A stretch of 64,000 nt of DNA from Ferruginibacter sp. (GTDB lineage Bacteria > Bacteroidota > Bacteroidia > Chitinophagales > Chitinophagaceae). The stretch spans positions 7,108 through 71,107 of the forward strand of contig JAXLUF010000008.1 in NCBI GenBank assembly GCA_046329685.1, given 5' to 3'. Below the pieces are notes generated by a model. The model saw only the letters and a list, made by a program, of their open reading frames with translations, had not been told where the DNA came from and made no database searches. This document shows, piece after piece, positions 19,859 through 30,032 of this stretch. The translations under genes were made by a program, and so were the position numbers. The first letter of the stretch is position 1, and every line of letters starts with the position of its first letter.

Positions 19859-21976
19859 TTGACCAAAAGAGTAAATATCGCCTTAGTAGGAAACCCCAAC
19901 AGTGGAAAAAGCTCCCTGTTCAATGCCCTTACGGGATTAAAACAACAGGTAGGTAATTTCCCCGGGGTTACGGTAGATAAAAAAACAGGCGTTTCGGCTA
20001 TTACGGCCAACCAGGAAGCTTTGTTGATTGATCTGCCGGGCACTTACAGCCTCTATCCCAAACGCGGTGATGAATGGGTGGCTTATAAAGTGTTGCTCAA
20101 CCAGGATGAACATATCCGGCCCGACCTGGTTTTACTGGTGGCGGATGCCAGTAACCTCAAACGGAATCTCCTTTTCTGTTCACAGATTATCGACCTGGGT
20201 TTTCCCGTTGTGGTGGCGCTTACCATGATGGACCTGGCCCGTCATAAGGGGGTACAGATCGATATTCCCGGACTGGCCCGCGAACTGGGGGTGCCGGTAG
20301 TGCCGGTGAATCCCCGCAAAAACAAGGGAATTGATGTACTGAAAAAAACACTGGAGCAGGCTATCGAAAATAATTTTTCGGCCCCCTCCCGGGAATTTGT
20401 CCCCAGTAAGGAGCTGGCCGGCGCCGCCATCAGCGATGTGAAAGAACATCTTCCTGCCATCAGCGATTATGCAGCGATCCACTACCTGATCAACCACGAA
20501 AATTTTACGCTGAGTGATGAAATGCAGGACTGCATCGAAAACATTGAGATAAAGAACAAGTTCAATCCCACTAAAACACAGGCCGAAGAAATTATGATGC
20601 GGTATGGCCGCATCCGCCATATCATGCAGCAAACCGTGGTGGAGAGAGACCCGCTGCAAAAAGCGCTCTTCAGCGAAAAGCTGGATGAAATACTGCTGCA
20701 CCGCCGCTGGGGTTATCTTATTTTACTGGCTGTGCTCTTTCTGCTTTTCCAGAGTGTTTTCTGGATTGCCAATTACCCGATGGATGGCATTGAATGGCTT
20801 TTTGGCCGGTTGAGCGGCTGGCTGGGAGGAGTGTTGCCGGCATCCTGGTGGAGCGATCTGCTGATTAACGGGGTGGTGGCAGGCATGAGCGGCATCATGG
20901 TTTTTGTACCGCAGATTATGATCCTCTTCGGGTTAATCACCCTGCTGGAAGATACCGGCTATATGGCCCGCATCAGTTTTTTAACGGATAAGCTTATGCG
21001 AAAAGCCGGACTGAATGGCAAAAGCGTTATGCCTATGATCAGCGGCTTTGCCTGTGCCGTACCGGCCATCATGAGCGCCCGGAATATCGAGAATAAAAAA
21101 GAACGGTTGCTTACCATACTCATTACACCGCTCATGAGCTGCAGTGCCCGCCTGCCGGTGTATACCATCCTGATTGCCCTGGTGGTACCCTCCAAACTGG
21201 TCTTTGGTGTGCTGAGCCTGCAGGGCCTTGTGATGATGGGATTGTACCTGCTGGGAACTGTACTGGCCCTGGTAGTGGCCTGGGTGATGAAATGGTTTAT
21301 CAAAAGCACAGAGCGCAGTTTCTTCATACTGGAGCTGCCCATGTACCGGAGCCCCCGCTGGAAAAATGCGCTCACCACCATGTTACAAAAAGCCCGCATA
21401 TTTGTTTTTGATGCCGGAAAGATCATTATGCTGATCAGTTTATTGCTGTGGGGGCTGAGTAATTACGGTCCCCCTGCCAAAATGAAGGCCCTGCAGGAAA
21501 AATACGCCAGCCTGAAAGCGGCGAATGCCAGCCAAACCGAAGAACTCAACCGGGCATATAAAACCGAAAAACTCGAAAGTTCATTTGCCGGGATCCTCGG
21601 AAAATCCATTGAACCGGTGATCAGGCCGCTGGGCTACGATTGGAAAATTGGCATTGCTTTGATTACCTCATTCGCGGCCCGTGAAGTTTTTGTGGGTACT
21701 ATGGCCACCCTCTATAGTGTGGGAGAAGAATCAGATGAAGGCAGCACCCTGCGCCAGAAAATGGCGGCTGCTTTAAAACCGGATGGTTCAAAAGTATATG
21801 ATACGGCTACAGGTGTATCGCTGATGATTTTTTATGTGCTGGCGATGCAATGTATGAGCACCCTGGCCGTGGTGAAAAGGGAAACCCGCAGCTGGAAATG
21901 GCCCCTGCTTCAGCTGGCCTACATGACGGTACTCGCCTACAGCTTCAGCTGGCTGGCTTATATGCTGCTTAAATAA
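19859..21976 (+). CDS. feoB: Ferrous iron transporter B
   Basis: GNPNSGKS, VGNFPGVTVD, DLPGTYSL, GFACAVPA, MSCSARLP. Start is uncertain (TTG 19859 or 19823). Confidence 0.95.
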   Translation: MTKRVNIALVGNPNSGKSSLFNALTGLKQQVGNFPGVTVDKKTGVSAITANQEALLIDLPGTYSLYPKRGDEWVAYKVLLNQDEHIRPDLVLLVADASNLKRNLLFCSQIIDLGFPVVVALTMMDLARHKGVQIDIPGLARELGVPVVPVNPRKNKGIDVLKKTLEQAIENNFSAPSREFVPSKELAGAAISDVKEHLPAISDYAAIHYLINHENFTLSDEMQDCIENIEIKNKFNPTKTQAEEIMMRYGRIRHIMQQTVVERDPLQKALFSEKLDEILLHRRWGYLILLAVLFLLFQSVFWIANYPMDGIEWLFGRLSGWLGGVLPASWWSDLLINGVVAGMSGIMVFVPQIMILFGLITLLEDTGYMARISFLTDKLMRKAGLNGKSVMPMISGFACAVPAIMSARNIENKKERLLTILITPLMSCSARLPVYTILIALVVPSKLVFGVLSLQGLVMMGLYLLGTVLALVVAWVMKWFIKSTERSFFILELPMYRSPRWKNALTTMLQKARIFVFDAGKIIMLISLLLWGLSNYGPPAKMKALQEKYASLKAANASQTEELNRAYKTEKLESSFAGILGKSIEPVIRPLGYDWKIGIALITSFAAREVFVGTMATLYSVGEESDEGSTLRQKMAAALKPDGSKVYDTATGVSLMIFYVLAMQCMSTLAVVKRETRSWKWPLLQLAYMTVLAYSFSWLAYMLLK

Positions 21977-21981
21977 AGATC

Positions 21982-23130
21982 TTACCAGTTTACCGCTCCT
22001 GCAATCCCGTCTTTCACACGCGGATAAATTCTCCTGTACAATTCTGCCATCACTTCCTCCTGCCGCGGCTCGGTGTAACGGCTGTTATTGATGATACGCC
22101 AGTCGTTATCAGTGAGGGCCCGCTCATCACCGGAATACGAAGCATGTTCTTCCTGCCAGGAATAATCTTCCGTGTAAGAGCGGTTACTGATTGTTTTTCG
22201 TGTATCCGATTCTGTTATTTCAACCGACATTTCGATACGTGCCGTGATGGATTGCCGTACGATATTGAGGCGGGCATATACATTCTGGTAAATTTCATGG
22301 CCGGCCGTATCGTATCCCACCACCACACGGCTCATCCGGTTCTGACTCAGGTTCTGGGTACTGGGCCTCGGCTCATCCAGGTTACGCAGGGTAATATTCA
22401 CAATTACATCCGGCCGGATATTCTCCTGGCTGATCTGCCAGTCGGTATAAAACCGGGCCGGGTAACGGCTGGCATCCTTTCCCCCCAGGTCTCTTACGAG
22501 GTTTTGCTGAAATTGCTGGTTAATATAGTTGTTATTAAAATTGTTCCAGCCGCTGCTGTAATAAAAACTGTTATCGGTGATCGGGTTTACGAGCACGTTC
22601 CAGGTGGCGGCTTCAAAGGCTGTGGCCATTTTTGTCCGGCTGTCGCGGTAACCCGGAATGATCTTGTCGGCTTTCTTGTAATAGTTATAGGCCTCTTTGG
22701 CGCTTGCCCGGAGTCCCTGGTCCAGCTTTTCGGTGGCGGCCTGGTAATAATCGGCAGCGGCCGATTGTTTACTAACCTCCAGGCTGTCGGCAAAACTCCT
22801 GGCATTTACCAGCTGCCTGGCGGCGGCTGATTGCGTAACCGTTTCATATAATTTCTGAAGAGCACTGTATTCGGCAATGATTTTATCCCAGCGGCTCAGG
22901 ACATTGCTGCTATGGTAACTGTGGATATTGCCCAGGTGTTTTTGCAATGCGGCCTCATATAACAGGGGAACTGCATTGGCTGCGCTGCTGTCATCCGCTT
23001 TTTTATCAAGCGCCTTCACGGCATCAGTAACGGCTTTGTCATCACCCGAACGGGATAAATAATCGCGGCTCGAACGGCAGGAAGCCATTCCGAAGAGGGC
23101 TGGTAAGAGTAAAAAGAGTAATCGTTTCAT
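21982..23130 (-). CDS. Hypothetical lipoprotein
   Basis: MKRLLFLLLPALFGMASC lipobox; helical/TPR-like N-terminal half. Confidence 0.75.
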   Translation of the reverse strand: MKRLLFLLLPALFGMASCRSSRDYLSRSGDDKAVTDAVKALDKKADDSSAANAVPLLYEAALQKHLGNIHSYHSSNVLSRWDKIIAEYSALQKLYETVTQSAAARQLVNARSFADSLEVSKQSAAADYYQAATEKLDQGLRASAKEAYNYYKKADKIIPGYRDSRTKMATAFEAATWNVLVNPITDNSFYYSSGWNNFNNNYINQQFQQNLVRDLGGKDASRYPARFYTDWQISQENIRPDVIVNITLRNLDEPRPSTQNLSQNRMSRVVVGYDTAGHEIYQNVYARLNIVRQSITARIEMSVEITESDTRKTISNRSYTEDYSWQEEHASYSGDERALTDNDWRIINNSRYTEPRQEEVMAELYRRIYPRVKDGIAGAVNW

Positions 23131-23417
23131 GGTAATCTCCTCTAAAATGGCTGCAAAGCCAGTACCAAAGGTAACCGGCCGGCACGGGGATTCAAATTTT
23201 AACAACCTTCCGGATATCCCGATCTTTTATATACTGGATATATCAGCCAAGCAGGTTTGTTCCGGGCCATACTCTGAATTTACCATTTAACATCATTTTA
23301 GGCCACACATCAAATCATTATTAATGAATTAATTTTTATTATAATTGTAAATAACACATAATCAATTAAATGTACTTTGCAAGCTATTATTTAGCGCCCG
23401 CTACTGTAAAAAATATG

Positions 23418-23457
23418 GTATTATGTGTTGCATAGTACTAAAATTTATCTATCTTTG
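23418..23457 (+). promoter_or_regulatory. Putative PadR operator overlapping the promoter of the padR-pspC operon
   Basis: Inverted repeat GTATTATG-tgttg-CATAGTAC (23418-23438), followed by the -7 motif TATCTTTG (23450-23457). Confidence 0.6.
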
Positions 23458-23618
23458 TGTCAGAAAGGAGAAAAAGGGTGTAGTTGATGAAACCGGTTCT
23501 TCGCTGCTCTCTTACTCTTCTTCCTGCCAAGTATAGCCATGAATAATTTTTGAAAAAGTCCTGATGCGCCACCTCTCCCCACCGGAGGGGTGGCCCGAAA
23601 GGCAAAAACATTGAAGCC

Positions 23619-23981
23619 ATGAATATTGAGAACACAGCCAGCCAGATGAGAAAAGGGGTACTGGAATTCTGTATCCTCTCGGTGATAAAACAGGGCGAGG
23701 CCTATCCTTCTGATATCATTGATAAGATGAAGGCCGCCAACCTGAACATCCTGGAAGGAACCCTTTACCCCCTGCTCACCCGGCTGAAGAACGCAGAACT
23801 GCTGACCTATCGTTGGGTGGAAAGTAACAGCGGTCCTCCAAGGAAATATTTTTCGCTCACCGAAAAAGGCGCCGAGTTTTATAAGGAACTCGAAGCCACC
23901 TGGTTCGAGCTTGCCAACGCCGTAAAAGCACTCACCGATGCCGGTCAGCCTGATTTTAACAACAACTTCAACCAGCTCTGA
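23619..23981 (+). CDS. PadR-family transcriptional regulator
   Basis: QMRKGVLEFCIL, EGTLYPLLTRL, GPPRKYFSLT. Confidence 0.93.
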   Translation: MNIENTASQMRKGVLEFCILSVIKQGEAYPSDIIDKMKAANLNILEGTLYPLLTRLKNAELLTYRWVESNSGPPRKYFSLTEKGAEFYKELEATWFELANAVKALTDAGQPDFNNNFNQL

Positions 23982-24042
23982 TAAAGTATAGCAATCGCCG
24001 GGCATCCGGCAACCAACTAATGAAACAAAACATTTAAATGCC

Positions 24043-26211
24043 ATGAAACAAGTTATAAACATAAACTTCCAGGGACGCGTAGTTCCGATAGAAGTAACTG
24101 CTTTTGATATACTGAAAGAATATACGGGCAGTCTGAACCGTCACTTTGCCAACGAAGAGGGCAAGGAAGAAATCATCAATGACATTGAAAGCCGCATTGG
24201 TGAACTGTTCCAGGAGCGCCTGAAAAACGGATCTACCTGTATTACGGAGGAAGATGTAAATGCCATCATCAACAGTATGGGCCGCCCCGAAGATTTTGAA
24301 ACGGAAGAGAACAGCCAGCCGGCAGGGGATAACACCCAGCAAACCGGCTCTGCCCAGTCTTCCTATTACAATAACAGCGGCCCCAAACGTCTTTACCGCG
24401 ATGAAGAACACAAAATACTGGGTGGTGTTTGCGCCGGCCTGGCCAACTATTTCAACATTGATCCGGTAATCGTGCGCATCATCTTTATCGTCGCCTTTGG
24501 CCTGGCCTTCCTGCCCTATCTTATTTTGTGGATGGCGGTACCGGGTTCTGCGGCCAGTGTAATCGGGGGCACCCGCAAAAAACTTTACCGCGATGGCGAA
24601 GACAAACTCATTGCCGGTGTATGCAGCGGTATCGGAAATTATTTCGGCGTAAGCGCCTGGATTCCCCGGGCCCTGTTCCTCCTGCCCTTCCTTACCTTCA
24701 TTTTCCGCTGGGGTCATTGGGGTTACTGGGATTTCCCCAGCTTCCTCCGCATCGGATTTAGTCCTACCGCCTTTATTGTTTATATCATTCTCTGGCTGGT
24801 GATTCCCGAAGCGTCCACTACGGCCGAAAAACTGGAGATGAAGGGAGAGAAAGTGGATATCGACTCTATCAAAAATTCTGTGATGGAAGAGATGAAAGCC
24901 GTACAGCAACGGGTTCATAAATTTGGGAAAGAAGCCGCCGGTATGGCCGCCGATAAATCAAAAGCATTTGCTGCCGAAGCCACCGCTGCCACCCGCCGGA
25001 CCAGCCGCTCATTCGGGGATGTGCTGGTGGTGATAATGAAAATGTTTGCTTATTTTATTATCGGCAGTGTAGGACTGGCACTAGTGGTGGCCCTCTTTGC
25101 CGCCGGTATTGCCGCGGTGGGTATTTTTCCGCTGAAAAACTTCCTGATTGGCGGCGACTGGGAAAATGCCTATGCCTGGGGAACACTGATATTCTTTATC
25201 GCCGTACCCATCATTGGTATCCTTACCTGGATCATCCGCAAGCTCACCCGTTCCAAAGCCAACAGCAAAACCCTTACGCTTACCTTCACCAGTTTATGGA
25301 TCCTGGGCTGGGTATGTTTTATTATGCTGATCTCCAGCATCAGTCACGAATTCCGCTACAGCAATAAAAACCTTGCCGAAACGGAGATCGCTCTGAATAA
25401 CCCCAAAGTGAATAAACTGGAAATAACTTCCGTAACCCAGATCGAAAAATTCACCCGCAACCGCTGGCTCAATTTCTCTCCCTTTGAAGATGTGGATGAT
25501 GATACGGCCTACGTAAAGAATTATGACGTGAAAATCCTGAAAGCCCCTAATGACAGTTTCCGTGTTACCATGATCAAAATGGCCAGCGGCAGCTCCCGGG
25601 CGATTGCCGAACGCAATGCTGCTGCTATCGGCTTCAGCGGGGTACAGAAGGATACGGTGCTCCTGCTTGATAAAGGAATTGCCATCAACAAAACCGATAA
25701 ATTCCGCAATCAGCACCTCGTGATACTGATTTATGTACCTGTGGGCAAACATATCATGATCGACCGCAGCGTGGCCTGGTATAATGATAATATTCATTTC
25801 GGCACCTCATGGGATGATAACTCCTGGAATTATGATTTCAACGGGGAAGCCCACGATTGGAGCGCAAACGTAGAATATGAAATGAGGGCTGATGGGAAGC
25901 TGTATAATATGAACGGGGTTCCCGCCGGTCAGCACACCCCTTCCCGCTTTGAAAAGAATAGTACCCGGGTAACGGTTACCTCCGGCGATGGCGATGATTA
26001 CCGCTACGATAATACCACCGCACCGCTGAATAAAGTGGACTCTTTAAAACAAAAGCTGGAGAAGGAAAAACAAAAACTGCGCGACTCGCTCGAAAAAGCA
26101 AAGGATAAGATCGATAAGCAACTGGAGAAAATGGATAACACTGAGGCCCCCGACCCGGTAACGTATTATCATATGCCCGGCAGCGATGCGGTGATGACCA
26201 CAATCAATTGA
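24043..26211 (+). CDS. pspC: PspC-domain envelope-stress protein (N-terminal helical domain, two PspC domains, TM region, extracytoplasmic beta domain)
   Basis: EIINDIESRIGE; KRLYRD..LGGVCAGLANYF and KKLYRD..IAGVCSGIGNYF; EKLEMKGE. Confidence 0.85.
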   Translation: MKQVININFQGRVVPIEVTAFDILKEYTGSLNRHFANEEGKEEIINDIESRIGELFQERLKNGSTCITEEDVNAIINSMGRPEDFETEENSQPAGDNTQQTGSAQSSYYNNSGPKRLYRDEEHKILGGVCAGLANYFNIDPVIVRIIFIVAFGLAFLPYLILWMAVPGSAASVIGGTRKKLYRDGEDKLIAGVCSGIGNYFGVSAWIPRALFLLPFLTFIFRWGHWGYWDFPSFLRIGFSPTAFIVYIILWLVIPEASTTAEKLEMKGEKVDIDSIKNSVMEEMKAVQQRVHKFGKEAAGMAADKSKAFAAEATAATRRTSRSFGDVLVVIMKMFAYFIIGSVGLALVVALFAAGIAAVGIFPLKNFLIGGDWENAYAWGTLIFFIAVPIIGILTWIIRKLTRSKANSKTLTLTFTSLWILGWVCFIMLISSISHEFRYSNKNLAETEIALNNPKVNKLEITSVTQIEKFTRNRWLNFSPFEDVDDDTAYVKNYDVKILKAPNDSFRVTMIKMASGSSRAIAERNAAAIGFSGVQKDTVLLLDKGIAINKTDKFRNQHLVILIYVPVGKHIMIDRSVAWYNDNIHFGTSWDDNSWNYDFNGEAHDWSANVEYEMRADGKLYNMNGVPAGQHTPSRFEKNSTRVTVTSGDGDDYRYDNTTAPLNKVDSLKQKLEKEKQKLRDSLEKAKDKIDKQLEKMDNTEAPDPVTYYHMPGSDAVMTTIN

Positions 26212-26227
26212 TTTAAAATACAGCTGC

Positions 26228-26605
26228 ATGAAAAACAAAATCACGCTGTCGTTATTCCTTTGGGTGATGCTGCTGATGAGCTCCTGTTTTCATGTTCATC
26301 GCACCAGCATCAATATTAATGATGATGCAGAGGAATTCAGGATCAGGGCCCGGTACGAACGCAGTCAGGCCTTCCGGATCAAACAGTACCTGCACGAATT
26401 ATTACAGGAAGATTATGACGCATGTGTGAACCACAATGGCCGCATTGATGCCACGGTTACACTGGAAGACAATACCCGGCTTTATATCAACGCCCGTCCC
26501 GGAGAGCTGCTGCTTGATATGGATAAAGAGGAGAATTCCGTAGCCTCCTGCGAACGGATGCGGGAAATAGGAGAAGATATCAAAGCAATATTAGCCGGGA
26601 GATAG
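26228..26605 (+). CDS. Hypothetical lipoprotein, third gene of the padR-pspC operon
   Basis: Hydrophobic leader ending LMSSC; 16 bp after pspC. Confidence 0.7.
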   Translation: MKNKITLSLFLWVMLLMSSCFHVHRTSININDDAEEFRIRARYERSQAFRIKQYLHELLQEDYDACVNHNGRIDATVTLEDNTRLYINARPGELLLDMDKEENSVASCERMREIGEDIKAILAGR

Positions 26606-26654
26606 TCCCTGCATTCAAGTTGTTTCAATAGTTGAGTTGAAGTTGAAACCCTGC

Positions 26655-26687
26655 AGTCCTGCCATTTCTGGCGGGACTCTTTTTTTT
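26655..26687 (+). terminator. Intrinsic terminator
   Basis: AGTCCTGCCA-tttc-TGGCGGGACT followed by a T-run. Confidence 0.8.
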
Positions 26688-26700
26688 ATCTTTACATCTC

Positions 26701-27441
26701 ATGAAAGATAATTTCTCGCAGCAGGCCCAACAGTATGCCCAATTCCGGCCCCTCTACCCGGAGGCCCTGTATTACTATATTCTGGAACAGGTACCCCGCC
26801 GCCAACGGGCCTGGGATGCCGGTACAGGAAACGGGCAGGCTGCCAGGGTTTTGCGGAATTATTTTGCAGAAGTGGTGGCAACGGATATCAGTCTCAACCA
26901 GCTGGCCCACGCAAAGGAACTGGCTGGTATCAGCTATCGTAATGAACCGGCCGGGCATACCTCGCTGGAAAACGGGAGTGTTGACCTGGTTACTGTTGCA
27001 CAGGCGGTGCACTGGTTCGGTTTTGAAAAGTTTTATGCGGAGGTGAGAAGGGTGGCGGCCCCCGGTGCCATTATTGCCGTATGGGGCTACAGTTTGCTGC
27101 GCATTGATCCGTATCTGGATGCCCTGATAGATGTCTATCATTATGATACCCTTGCCCCTTACTGGGATCCCGAACGCCGGTATCTGGATGAAGCGTACCG
27201 CACGATCCCTTTTCCTTTTGAAGAACCGGCATCTATACCTCTCTTTACCATTGAACAGGAATGGGGCCTGCCTGAGCTGGAAGGTTATTTTTCTACCTGG
27301 AGCGCCTTGAAGAAATTCAGAACAAGCAAGCACACAGATCCTTTACCCGCACTGATGAGCCAGCTGGCGGCCCATTGGCCGGCCGGTACCCGGCGTAAAA
27401 TTGTTTTTCCCCTTCACCTGCGGCTTGGCCGTATTACATAA
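26701..27441 (+). CDS. Class I SAM-dependent methyltransferase
   Basis: [28 protein letters not shown]. Confidence 0.9.
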   Translation: MKDNFSQQAQQYAQFRPLYPEALYYYILEQVPRRQRAWDAGTGNGQAARVLRNYFAEVVATDISLNQLAHAKELAGISYRNEPAGHTSLENGSVDLVTVAQAVHWFGFEKFYAEVRRVAAPGAIIAVWGYSLLRIDPYLDALIDVYHYDTLAPYWDPERRYLDEAYRTIPFPFEEPASIPLFTIEQEWGLPELEGYFSTWSALKKFRTSKHTDPLPALMSQLAAHWPAGTRRKIVFPLHLRLGRIT

Positions 27442-27493
27442 AGAAGGTATTACCTTTGCTGGCATTCTTTTTACAACCAATCAACGATTGTTA

Positions 27494-28579
27494 ATGAAAA
27501 ATACGCCTTTTACCAGTAAACACATTGCACTGGGTGCCAGGATGGCCGAATTTGCCGGCTACAATATGCCCATCTCTTACAGCGGGATTAATGATGAACA
27601 TGCTACCGTACGCAACAATGCCGGTGTGTTTGATGTGAGTCATATGGGCGAGTTTATACTGAAGGGCGAAGGAGCGCTCGACCTGATTCAGCGGGTTACA
27701 TCCAATGACGCTTCTAAACTCACTGATGGCAAGGCCCAGTACAGCTGCCTGCCCAATAAGGAAGGTGGTATCGTGGATGATCTGCTGGTATATTGTATTG
27801 AAACCAACAAGGTGTACATGCTGGTGGTGAATGCCAGCAATATCGAAAAAGACTGGAACTGGATCCGGCAATTCAATGATAAAAATGTGGAGATGCACAA
27901 TATCTCCGATAAAACCTGCCTGCTGGCTATACAGGGGCCCAATGCCACAAAAATTCTGCAGCCCCTGACGGAGTTGGATATCCTTAACCTGAAGTATTAC
28001 ACCTTTGTGAAAGGAAACTTTGCCGGCGTGGAAAATGTACTGGTTAGTGCCACCGGCTATACCGGTGCCGGCGGCGTGGAGATTTATTTTGAAGACAAGG
28101 ATGGCGCGGCCGATAAAATCTGGGATGCCATTTTTGCGGCGGGCGGTCCGCAGGGCATGAAGCCCATCGGGCTCGGCGCCCGCGATACCCTGCGCCTGGA
28201 AATGGGATTCTGTCTTTATGGTAATGATATTGATGATACCACTTCGCCCCTCGAAGCTGGTCTGGGCTGGATCACCAAGTTCACCAAAGATTTCACCAAC
28301 CGCGCCTATCTCGAAAAGCAAAAAGAAGAAGGCCTCAGCCGCAAGCTGGTGGGTTTTGAAATGATTGAAAAAGGAATTGCCCGCCACGGATATGCTATCA
28401 AAGACTTTGAAGGGAACCCGATTGGCACGGTAACATCGGGCACCCAGTCGCCCTCCCTGGGAAAAGCTGTGGGCATGGGGTATGTAAACACCACCCATTC
28501 GGCACTGGATACCGAAATTTATATCAGCGTGCGTAATACATTGCTGAAAGCCAAAGTGGTGAAAATGCCTTTTGCCTGA
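27494..28579 (+). CDS. gcvT: Glycine cleavage system aminomethyltransferase T
   Basis: [30 protein letters not shown]. Promoter motif TACCTTTG at 27451-27458. Confidence 0.96.
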   Translation: MKNTPFTSKHIALGARMAEFAGYNMPISYSGINDEHATVRNNAGVFDVSHMGEFILKGEGALDLIQRVTSNDASKLTDGKAQYSCLPNKEGGIVDDLLVYCIETNKVYMLVVNASNIEKDWNWIRQFNDKNVEMHNISDKTCLLAIQGPNATKILQPLTELDILNLKYYTFVKGNFAGVENVLVSATGYTGAGGVEIYFEDKDGAADKIWDAIFAAGGPQGMKPIGLGARDTLRLEMGFCLYGNDIDDTTSPLEAGLGWITKFTKDFTNRAYLEKQKEEGLSRKLVGFEMIEKGIARHGYAIKDFEGNPIGTVTSGTQSPSLGKAVGMGYVNTTHSALDTEIYISVRNTLLKAKVVKMPFA

Positions 28580-28681
28580 TCGCTGATCGGATTTGAATTG
28601 TAATTCTCAACAGATTCTCCGGCCCTGAAGAATTATTATTTTTTCATTCTTACGTATTCATTCCCGAAGGGGTAAAGCCAG

Positions 28682-29155
28682 ATGCCATCCATTCATCTTA
28701 CCACGTATATTGCAGCCCCGGCCGAACGGGTTTTTGATCTTTCCCGGAGCATCAGTCTGCACAAAATTTCAACCGCAGATACGAATGAACGGGCCGTGGC
28801 CGGTGTAACAAACGGTCTGATCAGCCTGGATGAAACCGTTACCTGGGAAGCCCGGCATTTTTTCAAACAACGGCAGTTTACGTCCCGTATAACGGCAATG
28901 GAAAAGCCGCTGCACTTCAGGGATGAAATGATAAAAGGTGATTTTAAAAGTTTCGGGCATGATCATCATTTCAAACCGATAGAAAACGGTACGATCATGA
29001 TCGACCAGCTGCAATTTGAAACGCCCTATGGTTATATTGGCCGCCTGCTCAACCGTTATTACCTGCACCGGTACCTGGAAAATCTTTTGCAGAAACGGAA
29101 TGCTGTGATAAAAGAATATGCCGAAACTGAAAAATGGAAGGCCTTATTGAAGTAA
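28682..29155 (+). CDS. SRPBCC-family ligand-binding protein
   Basis: VFDLSRSISLH, VTWEARHF, FRDEMIKGDF, HDHHF. Confidence 0.8.
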   Translation: MPSIHLTTYIAAPAERVFDLSRSISLHKISTADTNERAVAGVTNGLISLDETVTWEARHFFKQRQFTSRITAMEKPLHFRDEMIKGDFKSFGHDHHFKPIENGTIMIDQLQFETPYGYIGRLLNRYYLHRYLENLLQKRNAVIKEYAETEKWKALLK

Positions 29156-29164
29156 TTTTGAACG

Positions 29165-29899
29165 ATGGCTGCCAGCAAACCCACACTATATACCAGTCTT
29201 TCTCCGGCCCTGCTGCACTTATATGATGTAAGCAACAGCATTGTGGTGATCATTGACGTGCTGAGGGCCACGTCTACTATTGCTACAGCTCTGTACAACG
29301 GTGCCCAATGCATTATCCCGGTAGACAGTGTACCCGAGTGCATCCGTATCGGAAAAGAAATCAATGGCATTACTGCCGGGGAGCGGGATGGCAGGATTGC
29401 CGAAGGGCTTTCGTACGGAAATTCGCCCTTCGAGTACCCCCGGGAGTTTATTGAAGGTAAAACACTGGTGCTTACCACTACTAACGGCACCCGCCTGCTG
29501 CACATGGCGCTTGAAAAAAATGCCAGGGGCATTCTTACCGGTTCTTTTGCCAATCTTTCGGCTGTTTGTGATTATCTCATTGCACAAAACCAGCATGTGA
29601 TCCTGGGATGTGCCGCCTGGAAAGACCGCGTAAACCTTGAAGACACAATTTTTGCGGGCGCCGTGATCAGCCGCATCGGCGAACATTTTTCCATCAACTG
29701 TGATTCTTCAAAAATCGCACATGCCTTGTACGAAGAAGCCCGGCCGGACATTTATGAGTTTATGAAAGCGAAAAACGCCTCCCATTACCAGCGGTTAACC
29801 GGTTTCGGACTGGAAAAGGATATCCGGTATTGTCTTAGCGCCGACCAGGCCAATGTGCTGGTACAGTACCGGGAAGGCAGGCTGGTGATTGCTTCCTGA
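29165..29899 (+). CDS. comB: 2-phosphosulfolactate phosphatase-like (ComB family)
   Basis: IDVLRATSTI, GER, GNSP, TTTNGT, LEDTIFAG. Confidence 0.88.
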   Translation: MAASKPTLYTSLSPALLHLYDVSNSIVVIIDVLRATSTIATALYNGAQCIIPVDSVPECIRIGKEINGITAGERDGRIAEGLSYGNSPFEYPREFIEGKTLVLTTTNGTRLLHMALEKNARGILTGSFANLSAVCDYLIAQNQHVILGCAAWKDRVNLEDTIFAGAVISRIGEHFSINCDSSKIAHALYEEARPDIYEFMKAKNASHYQRLTGFGLEKDIRYCLSADQANVLVQYREGRLVIAS

Positions 29900-30032
29900 T
29901 AAAGATCCCAGCAGGATTAACAAAAAATTTCTCCACAAACTTTCCTTGAAAGGCCGGCCCCTCATTTATTTTCCTTTACTTTTGCAAATTGCCCTTTTCG
30001 GAACGGGCCTTGATCACTAAAACAACAGGACT

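Noticed and set aside
27442-27493. Glycine riboswitch upstream of gcvT
   Set aside because: Only about 35 nt lie between the -7 promoter motif and the ATG, leaving no room for an aptamer.
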